A stretch of DNA of 64,000 nucleotides from Octopus vulgaris (Eukaryota): assembly GCA_951406725.2 (NCBI GenBank), contig OX597823.1, positions 93,124,001-93,188,000 of the forward strand, in the 5' to 3' direction. The notes under the pieces were generated by a model that saw nothing but the letters and a program-made list of their open reading frames with translations, was not told where the DNA came from and searched no databases. Both the position numbers and the translations under genes were made by a program. Shown here in pieces: positions 53,705-64,000 of the stretch; within the stretch, counting starts at the first letter, position 1, and every line of letters starts with the position of its first letter.

Positions 53705-54355
53705 TATTTATTGCTTTGGTTTGTGCTGAATTTTATTTTATTTTATTTGAGAACATAATCTTTGTGGAGAATGGCGATTTGACGTCTATATTTAGCATGT
53801 TGACTGTCCACTTTTCGTGTTCAGTCCTTAATTGGTATATATAAATATTTTAATCCTCGGATTCTTTTTAACATGCTAGACCACTGGTTTTAATTGACTA
53901 ATATCAATTTCTACCCTTAATTAATTTTTAATATAAAATATATGTTCTTAAACCGATAAATTGACTGCTGCTAATTATTAGCTGCTGGCTGGTTTTTCGG
54001 GTCTCAGCGCGCCAAAAGTAAAGGCATTTGAACGATACATTCGAACTTAATCGGTTGTACTTTATGCATGCGACACTCCGGTATCGTTTTTTGCATGTAG
54101 TCCAGCAAATTATGTTCATAACAGACTATGCTGACGAAGTTACAGTTGTCCTTGCGGATATTAATAACTGAAACTGGTCGGTACATAGGTGATTATTTCA
54201 TTTCGTATATTTTCATTTGTCTTATTTATTGCTTTGGTTTGTGCTGAATTTTATTTTATTTTATTTGAGAACATAATCTTTGTGGAGAATGGCGATTTGA
54301 CGTCTATATCTAGCATGTTGACTGTCCACTTTTCGTGTTCAGTCCTTAATTGGTA
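53702..54355 (+). mobile_element. (TA)n-flanked cassette with ~135-bp direct repeats and a hammerhead (Penelope pseudo-LTR-like)
   Basis: 53702-53838 is nearly identical to 54220-54355. Hammerhead at 54126-54188. Confidence 0.75.
54126..54188 (+). ncRNA. Type I hammerhead ribozyme
   Basis: CTATG-CTGACGA-AGTTA-(22 nt)-TAACT-GAAA-CTGGTCGG-TA-CATAG. Stems I and II are perfectly paired. Confidence 0.78.
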
Positions 54356-54369
54356 TATATATATATATA

Positions 54370-56645
54370 TAAAGAGAGAGAGAGAAATCCCGTTCTGTCT
54401 GTCTGGTTTTGTGCGCTTATAACTCGAATATTGTTCATCCGATCGCGCTAAAATTTTAAACATGGATACATGAGAGAATGGTGTGTTCCGTAATCTAAAA
54501 CGATTTTCAAAATTGTCAGTTTCAAAGTGAGAATCGCTATTTTCGTAATGTTTTTTTCCTGTTTCTTTCGCCATCCTGTTCATTAAATGACGTTCTAAAC
54601 AATTCATTTCTACGTTTTCACATTTAAATGGCAGATATATGTATATATATATGTATATGTATATGGGTTTTTATATCGTTATTCCTTCTACGGTGGCATT
54701 AAGAATAGATTCTGCAGCTATTGACTTTGTACATTCAGAAAAGGAGCACCTGACATAGAATTGAGACAATCATCTGTCAGCTCTATGAACGTGCGCATAT
54801 ACGCGTGCGTGAGCATGCATGAGTATGAGAGCTAGTATAGCAGAAGGGGCCATTTCGCTTTATTTATCCACTCCATGCTGTGACGTCTTCGCTAAGACTT
54901 TCCTCTTCATTGGATTTCAGTGCGGTTCCAATGTTATCGATCTTTTTTGTAATTCATAAATATATATATCAGTCAGTTACTGAAACCCGGAGGGGTGTGA
55001 TATATCAAAAAGTCTTAGAATCTATTCTATCTGTGTGTATGTGCGTGTGCGTACGTGTGTACATGTGCGTGTGCATGCACATGTGTTTGTGTGTGTATTA
55101 AGATAGATACAATTTTATCTCATACAAATGTGGATACACAGCCTTTCTCACACATATTGTGTTGCGTCAAATGTGTAGGCTATCGTATTTCTCTGTCCGA
55201 AGCCACGCATCTACCAATTATTTGATCCCACGCTTATACTAGTTCTTGATCTTCGCAGCGAAAAATTCCTTCTATGAATCTTCCACCTTCTCTTAGTTGA
55301 TATAATTGGTCAGTTAAATTTAAAAACAAAAGGCAAGCTATTCAGACCGTTATACTGGTAGGTATAAATAAATAAATATAAGTATGGAAAATAAATAAAT
55401 GATGTTAGTCAATTGTTGATCGATATTTATCCATTTTCTGTTTACTTTCAATTTGATTCCTGATAAAACCCTGTTTATCTTTGTCATTACCTATAACATG
55501 AGCATAATATGCTTGCATATGTACGTCCAGCGTTTAACATAAGTAAATATACCAGTATTATAACGGATGCTTTTATCCCTTAGACGGTTTTTCCAACCTC
55601 TAACTCTACTAACTTGTGTGTGTATTAGTGTGTGTGTGTGTGTGTGTGTCAAAGAAGTAGTAGAAAGGTAACTGCAGACTGAGCAACATGATGGTCTCTA
55701 CTTCGAATGCTGTGATGCTTTTGAGAAATAAATCAAATATATTATTAAAATAATATAAAACATTTGACTCGACACATTAAATGCGCTTAACGTGGAAAAT
55801 TACACCCTCCACAAAGCTAATCCCTGTTTGGCCACGAATGGTAGATATTTCACATTGAAGCACAAGCATATTTTAAGCATTCTGCGTAACAATAACAAAG
55901 AATTATTTCCTGTATATCATTAAAATATAACAACAATCATAAACAATTTGCTTTGTAGAGTTGACTTTTATTCGTAAACAGCACAGTCGTTAGTTGCTCG
56001 TCTATCTTTCTGTAAAATACACGGGCAGTGGCAAACCGAGTCATTAATTTCAGAGATGTATCCATGTCAATGTACTTTCGTTAATACATGTGATTGTGGG
56101 CTGATCTACAAAATCTACACGTGTGTGTGTAAGCATGTATACATGTGTGTGTCTGTGTGTGCTAATATATATTTACACCAACACCTATACACACAAATAC
56201 ACACACACATTCGTGCACGCACAAGCATACACTCACTTACAGATACAACACAAAGACACACATATATATACGTACATATACACACATATATCAAACTGAG
56301 AATGTGTGTCTCTGTCTATAGCTTTTACACTGTTTTGGTATTACGTGTCAAAAGTGAAAAAATAAGATCTCTATTGTAATGTGATATAATAATGTTTCAC
56401 TTTTATTCTTTCAGATTTAATATAAATGTGATAAGACTACACTATTATCTCAATTTAATTCTTTAAATTTTAATTCTACTGTGTTAACACTAAGATCATC
56501 TTATTTTACACATATACCGTTCAATTATCAGTTGATAATTAAGGTAGCATTTGCAAGGTTGCAAGGTATTTACAGTCACATATTACCTTTAAATTAACAC
56601 TTAATATACGTGCTTAATCTATCTATCTATCTATTTATCTATCTA

Positions 56646-56683
<38 letters not shown>

Positions 56684-59314
56684 CACACACATATATATAT
56701 ATATATCATTCTTTACCTCTCTGTATGTCTGTTCCCAATGCATTCTCAAATTGTTCCACCAGATCAAATTTTACAAGTTAACAGTATCACACACCACGAG
56801 TGTCAACATTCATTTTTTAAATTTCCATTAAACAATATGACATTTTTATATAGTTAATCTTTCTATAGTCAAATATAGTACAGGGCTGTTTATACCACGG
56901 CGACGACGACGACGTTACATATATGAGTGTGTATGTGTCTGTAAGTATATGTATGTGGGTGTATGAGTGTGTATGTCTCTTTGACTGTGTGTGTTACCCC
57001 GTTAGGTACGTTATTAAACATACACACATCTGCACATACATATACACATGTGATGACTGACATGCGTGATTGTATGTCTGTAGGTGTCTCTCTTACTATG
57101 TGTATGGAACTGTGTGCGAGACTATGAGTGTATCGTCACATTCTGTATATGAATGTGTGTTTGTGAGTGTGTGTGTGTGTGTGTTTGTGCGCCCGTTACG
57201 TACGTTATTAAATTCACATACATCTATACGTATACATATGTGGCGAGAACGGCTGGAAGTGAAACTCTTAACAAAAAACATGGCTGGTCCAAGGTATATA
57301 AAAATACACATCGACCGTTCAATTAACAGTTCATAATTATCGCAGCAGATGCAAGGTATTTACAATTTAGTAAAATTAGGTTAATATACACTGCATACAA
57401 AAATATAAATGTACTACATACAATTACTTACAAAAATAAGATTAATGTGTATTTTGTCTATGTTCATAATTTGTTATTTAAAATATTGCAAAATATATGC
57501 CACGAAAGAAAAACGTCATATCTTCAGAAACACCTATGAAGCGAGGAGGAGTGCAGAAAAACGAAGGCGAGAGTCTCAAGAGATAAGGGACATGACGATT
57601 TCCAAGATCACCAAACGCATGCTGCAGTACGTCATTATGCAGTCTCAAGAAAGAAGGGAGAGGAGAGTTTCTCAAAAATCGTCAAAGACATTTTGTAGCA
57701 CGTGATAGATGGAGTCTTAAGAGAGAAAAGGTCACAAGAGTTATGCTGCCACACTTAATGCTGAATCATTGAAACAACGTTTAGCACGCCAGATTACATA
57801 GAGTTCCGATAGAATAACTCTCAGAAACAGACCACCTACAAATTCGTCTTTCACAACACCTGGAGCTGCTTTCAGATATGATCCATCCCATTCTTATAAA
57901 AATGATAATTTTGTCCAAATTCGTGCGCTAAACTCAAATTGTTTTTATGCAAAGCATTAAAACTTCCACCACAAATATTGTGTCGTCAATGGTACACTTT
58001 CCGGTATCATCTTTTTCAACATAACTGCAATGTATATATTAGGTTGGCAACTAAGTTCCCGTAATTTTTTGAAAGGATTCATAAAAAAAACAACTAATTA
58101 ATCAATAATGGATTTCACCCTCGTTGTTTACAACTTCTTCCCAAAGTTCAACAAAGATTTTCAATACCTCGTTCGTCGAAATTAACCGATTTCTACACAA
58201 AAAATTGATGCAACCAAGCTCTCAATTCTGTATCAGTATTGAATGAAACTCCGCGAATAGCACTTTAAAAAAATCGAAAGAGGTGAAAATCCGTACAGCG
58301 GTTGTGGCATCACTTCCCTGCCATACGTTTGAATGGCTTCCTTGGTCATATTGGCGATATAAGGGCAGGCGTTGTCATGCAGCAGAAGAACTCCATACTG
58401 ACGATTAGGTGTTTTCTCTTGAATAGCTGTGATGAGTCGCTCCATCTGTTGAACGTAGAGTTCCGCGTTGAGCGTTTGGTTCCATTCAAGCAATTCGTAA
58501 TGGGTAATCCCTTCCCTGTCCCACCATACGCACAACATCGTTTTACGCAGATAAAGATCTTGTTTCAAGCGCGGTGTCGCTTGTTTACTGGGGCTAAGCT
58601 ATTACTTACGCTGCTTCATATTGATGTACAGGCACCATCTTTCGTCGCCAGTAACGATTCGGTAAAGAAATCGTTCCTTGTGTAAATGAGTTGAGCGATG
58701 ACGAGCAAGAAAACCAGCGGAGATTGTGGCTCGTTGATTTTTGTTGTTGTCACTTAAAGCATGCGGAACCCATGCTCCATACTTCTGAATCTTTCCCATC
58801 GAGTGAAGATGCTTCTCTATTGCAGTATGGGAGCATTCCATTTTCTCTGCGAGTTCCCTTGTCGTTTGACGAGAATTTTCGTGCAAAAGTTGGTTTAATC
58901 GCTCTTCATCGAACTCAAGTAGACGGCCAGACCTAGATGCGTCCTTGAGGTCAAAATTTCCATTTTTGAACTTGACATACCAATCATGAGCGGTTCTTTC
59001 AGCTATGGCACCCTCTCCATACACAGCACAAATGTCGCGAGCAGCTTTTGCGGCCTTACAAACTTGATTAAAAGCAAAAAGGGAGGTGTCGAAAATGCTC
59101 ATTTTCATTTTAATGATCTGAAAAAAATAAATTAAATTAAGTTAACTAGAAATAAAACAAAATAGATTCCAAAATTATTCAAAAATAAAATTCTCGAAAA
59201 AAAAATAGATTCATAGATTGCAAAATTTAAAGATACAATAAATTACAACGTTAAAAAAAATTAACCCAATATAAACATATGTTTTATTCTGAGCAACGCC
59301 GGGTTTATCCGCCA

Positions 59315-59315
<1 letters not shown>
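54370..59315 (+). mobile_element. Helitron-derived element (extent inferred) with nested mariner
   Basis: Helitron 5' end at 54370-54630. 57455-57965 is homologous to 5345-5725 (RepHel start). 3'-end-like gcaacgccggg...ccag|t at 59292-59315. Confidence 0.55.
58039..59272 (-). mobile_element. Near full-length decayed mariner transposon
   Basis: HTH, RSGR, WVPHAL, VTGDERW, MLCVWWD and LLHDNA. Ends tattaggtt/aacccaata at TA. Confidence 0.92.
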
Positions 59316-59377
<62 letters not shown>

Positions 59378-60342
59378 AGGGTAGGCACATAAATTTGGAA
59401 AATAATGAGATAAATAGTACTCGAATACAGGAGGTAGGGTAATATATTTTATTATGAAGGCTGCAAAAATATCACAAGAAAATGATTCTCAGTTTCAAGT
59501 ACGCATTCATCGGACGTCAAACTCTGAATAACAGTTTTTTGTGATAGTTTTGTGATGTTTTTCCAGCTTTAATAATACAGTTTATAAATATATATGTGTG
59601 TGTATATGTGTGCGCGCGCATTTAATTCATCTGATCTTCACCGTAATCTTATCTTTCTTTCCTCGCACATTCTGTAACAAACATCGGTTATTTTCTTTTC
59701 GTCATGTCTCTACTCCTTTGGTCTTGTCATGCCTATTCTATTTCGTCTTTCAGCCAAATATTAATATATGTTTATATATGCATCACATAAAACAATACAT
59801 TAGTCGGAGCACACGATATTCTTCTGTTAGGAGCGACGGAATCTCCATATCCGGTAATTCTTCTAAAAACCATCAGTCCGGCCACCATCTTCCAGTCAGA
59901 TCTCTCTGCTACGATATCTATACAATAGTAGCCTCTCTTCAGACACTGATGTCGCAAGCAGCGAACAGGCTTATTAGAAATTAATAATAAACGTCTCAGA
60001 TATTTAACAATTTCGAAGATTTGAAAAATTAGATATTAACAATCTCCACTTTACAATTTAAGAATGAGCATTTTATTCTGTGCTCCATCTTATCAACGAA
60101 AATCATGCTTTCTACCTGAAAAAATCGCAGCTTGTTATGTTCAGATCCATAATGATATAAAAGAATCATTCACGAATTAAAATTTCATTGTTTTCAAACA
60201 ACTATTACAGAGCTTCCCTTTGACCTTTTGTTGACAATGTGATAAAAGTTAAGCTTTTGTTTAGCTGGCATGATCTTCGTATTGTTTCGGTCTGGATTTC
60301 TTAATGTTAACTAACAACTATATAACAGTCTGCTCCAATATT

Positions 60343-60406
<64 letters not shown>

Positions 60407-61649
60407 ACTCTACTTTTCTCTCTAACACAAACGCCCACTCCCATTTTATTTGTAAATTCTGTTATAATCCATGATTTAATTTGTCAATCTCACAATTGCT
60501 GAACATTTAAGTTCTCATCGATCGGTAAATGTGAGATAAAACGACAAAACTTGATCATGGAACAATATGTCCGACATTACATGTATTTTAAAACATCCTT
60601 CAAATCATCTTACATACGAGACATTTTTCCTGAGCGTCAATGCTGTAAATCATTCAAAATTTTTCCATACACAATGCATTTTTTCGCATGCATTATCAGC
60701 TTCTCTTAGCGACTGCATTTGCTTGTGCAACAAAACTCCATTAATATAACATAAGGTCATATCTTAGTGCAATTAATGTTTTGCTTGTTTCTTCGGCCAG
60801 TAATTAATCAATACTTTTGGAATATAGTTAATTGAACTTTTGGAAACAATTTTGATAAACCACAGAAGACTTCAATTTAACATTGTAAGGATAACATGAA
60901 AGCCGATGTGTCGCCGATGTTTTTCCTTGTCTGAAAATTGAAGGCAAACACCAACATGATAAATGACTTCCACTATTACGAATGAACGAACCTAAGGAAG
61001 TAAAGACTGTTAGAAAATACAGACAGTTTAACTCAATAAGATGAAGCAAATTATATTAAATACACACTAAAATAAAATATACAATCTTTTTAATTAGATA
61101 ATTCTCCAAACACTGTCTTCTGTCTTCTCTCTCTTTCTCATCAACTCAAGTTAGTTGCCGAGATAAATTTCCATTCATTGTACTTTTTGGACATACCCGT
61201 TATTCAATTTTATATGCCAAGAGCTGGTTTGCGAAGAAGAGAGAGAGAATCTAATCGGTTTTTGGAGGTTGTATGAAAATGCAGCTAGACTGACGCACAA
61301 ATTCAATATAGCTTTGTAGGGTATCAATGAAAACATGTAAAATGGTTAGAAAATTTTGCTTCAAATCACCTCCTCGATTTTCTCTGAGTTCATTTCGAAG
61401 TGTTCGCAATTAGATACACATATGGACATAGATAGAGAGTGGGGGAGAAGAGAGGAAAAGAGAGAGAGAAAGGTAGAAAAAAGTGAGAGAAAGATGTATG
61501 TGTGTACGTTTGTATTTATGTGTGTGTATGTATATATGTGTGTATGCATATATGTGTTTGTGTGCACCTGGTGAGATGGGCGTACACTACAGACCCACGA
61601 AAGTTTAAGTCATATGGAATCGAGTCAAACTATTATTAAGATATATGTA

Positions 61650-61797
61650 CACTGTAGTAAGAAGCTTGCTTCCCAACCACATAGTTTCAGGTTCAATACC
61701 ATTGCACCTTGGGCAAGTGTCTTCTGCTATAGCTTCAGGACAACCGAAACCTGTGAGTGGATTTGGTAGACGGAAGTTACAAGAAAGCCATCGTATA
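61650..61797 (+). mobile_element. CORE-like SINE, 5' half
   Basis: ccaaccacatagtttcaggttcaa..caccttgggcaagtgtcttc. Confidence 0.8.
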
Positions 61798-61811
61798 TAT
61801 ATATATATATG

Positions 61812-61857
<46 letters not shown>

Positions 61858-61876
61858 TGTGTTCGTATGTATGTAA

Positions 61877-61914
<38 letters not shown>

Positions 61915-61964
61915 GGATGTTTGTGTATCTAATGATGATGATGAGAAGGAGGAGGAGGAAAGCG

Positions 61965-62142
61965 CAAGACCTCAAATTTGGGGGAAGGGGACTAGTCGAT
62001 TACATCGACACCAGTGTTCAACTGGTACTTAATTTATCGATCTTGAAAAGATAAAAGGCAAAGTCGACCTCGGTGGAATTTGAAAACAGAACATAGCGAC
62101 GGGTGAAAATAGTACTAAGCATTTTGCCAGTTTGCCGTCTTG
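61965..62142 (-). mobile_element. Meta-like SINE with an alternative 3' tail
   Basis: The body matches 3870-3975, but the tail reads ccccttcccccaaatttg rather than the Tx1-like tail. Confidence 0.75.
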
Positions 62143-62254
62143 AAATGGCCAATACAACACACACCAGCACAACCACGAACAGACACTCGCATTCCCCATC
62201 GGCAACTCAAACATCTCATGTTATTTACATTTTCCTTCTTTAACACAATATGTG

Positions 62255-62540
62255 AAGGCACGTGGCCTAGGGCTAAGAACGTTGCTCTCACAATCGCTAA
62301 AACATAGGTTCGATTCCTGGACCGAATTGTGTATTGTGTTCTTCGGCAAAACACTTCGTTTCATATTACTCCATTACTCCTGTTCACTGAGTTGTAAATG
62401 AACTGATTTTCCAATCCGGTGTCGGGTTTTGTCCAGCTCGCCATGCCAGTGGGGTGGGGCCATTCGAAAGCTAAGACCATGAAAAGGTCATTGGGACTAG
62501 CGATGTATAACAACATCCAAAACTCTGGTTGATCACGTGA
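62255..62540 (+). mobile_element. tRNA-headed SINE (V/Deu-like family)
   Basis: cgtggcctaggg, ggttcgattcc and tgtgttcttcggcaaaacac. Confidence 0.6.
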
Positions 62541-63456
62541 GTAAGTAATATAACAAAATATAACCTCTCACATGCTTACCATAACAACCAACTTACTGTC
62601 TAGATAACAGGGTGCGGCAGAGTAACAAATTCTTTGCATTTAATAACTTTTACGGTATATAAATGCTTACTAAGTAATTTTCTTTTCATTGAACACAAAG
62701 GTATTGCATTACTTGAAGAAATGAATAATAAACTAATGAAAAGAGGCTCAGACAGAAACTAAAAACTGAAATTTAATTGGAACAAGAAGGGTCAAATACA
62801 AAATTGTGTTACGTCTACAGAACCGTGTATATCATACCTCGCACAACACTGAGGAAAAATCCGCCGTCTAATGTAATAACATAACGCAAATTGCTTCCAT
62901 TTGTTCAGACGAAAGATGCAAAGCAGTAAAATGGCTCCGGTGAGAAAGAAAAACCGGTAAAAGGAAACTGCAAGACAAAGAGAAGCTGGCGTCGCGTGCA
63001 AACAAAAATTCTCACTGACACGAAAAACAACAACATCAGTGAACACTTACACACATACTGTGCTCATGGTTGGGAATCCGAAACTGACAATTGACTGTTG
63101 CACACACAAAAATAATAGTTTTCAAACGAAAAACAATAATATATATTGAACTTTATCTGATTGTCTGGAATAAAATATTAGGTGACAAAAAAGTAGATGA
63201 AAGATATTTGTTATTATTTGACACAAATTATACCTGTAGGATTGATTTCTCTACAGGCGTATCCATCATTTATCTAAATGAATAAGAATATAAAAACAAA
63301 ACAAAATGTTTTGCGAAATATTCAGAGGTGCTAAACAAAATTTTCTTAACACATATTATCAAGATCACCTGTACAAAATACTGGAAAATATGTTAGAAGT
63401 GGGTAGGAACCTTATAGAAATCAATACGGTGAATAGATAATATGCAATATTTATAT

Positions 63457-63487
<31 letters not shown>

Positions 63488-63516
63488 ATTATCTAATTAT
63501 ATATATATACACATAA

Positions 63517-63575
<59 letters not shown>

Positions 63576-63785
63576 TATATATATACATATGAATATACAG
63601 GCATAGGAGTAAATGAATTTTACAGAATTTACAGACACACGTATATATAAATGTCCATATATATTATATATTTTATATATATATATATATATGTATACAT
63701 ATATATATATATATATGTATATCAATTTTTTGCGTAATAGGATAAACAACCAAGGCTGTGTAGACATTAATGCATTTATAGATAG

Positions 63786-63837
63786 GTCTTACAGCTGTTT
63801 CTAGGATATTTATTAATAATATCCCATCATCGGAGAC
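63786..63837 (-). ncRNA. Type I hammerhead ribozyme (CCGATGA core variant)
   Basis: Reverse complement: GTCT-CCGATGA-TGGGATA-(11 nt)-TATCCTA-GAAA-CAGCTG-TA-AGAC. Confidence 0.75.
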
Positions 63838-64000
63838 GGTGTGAGAGGATAGTTAAGTCATAGTTGGTTAATACCAAAAGAGAGTGAGGTGGAGGAAAGA
63901 AAATAGATGCAAGATATGTATGGGTATTGAAGTTGTAAATCCATTTATTAGGCATAATGGTATACATGCAATATTCCAATATCCTATGAGTAAAGTCCAA

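Noticed and set aside
62908-62945. Possible 31-nt micro-exon (ttgttcag...gtgaga)
   Set aside because: It lies in what looks like a Tc1-type remnant beginning cagggtg at about 62608, and has no independent support.

Overview
AT-rich, microsatellite-dense eukaryotic genomic DNA, intronic or intergenic in character. The SINE families and the (TA)n, (TAGA)n and (TTA)n load suggest an octopus or other cephalopod (inference). The window is mostly decayed transposable elements: two Tx1/L1-clade LINEs, several RLE-type (R4/Dong-like) LINEs sitting in (TTA)n, CR1-like LINEs, an RTE fragment, a Penelope-like GIY-YIG element, mariner/Tc1 relics, Helitron derivatives and three tRNA-type SINE families. 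Most short ORFs in the track are microsatellite artefacts. The ORF track misses three layers. (1) About ten type I hammerhead-ribozyme folds with palindromic stem III and variable loop-II inserts, in short (TA)n-flanked cassettes often arranged as inverted or direct repeats, consistent with Penelope-type termini. (2) Near-perfect fold-back duplications tied to (TA)n. (3) SINE 3' tails matching two different LINEs present in the window. One non-repetitive candidate terminal coding exon lies at about 51.0-51.3 kb (minus strand). All folds and alignments were read by eye.
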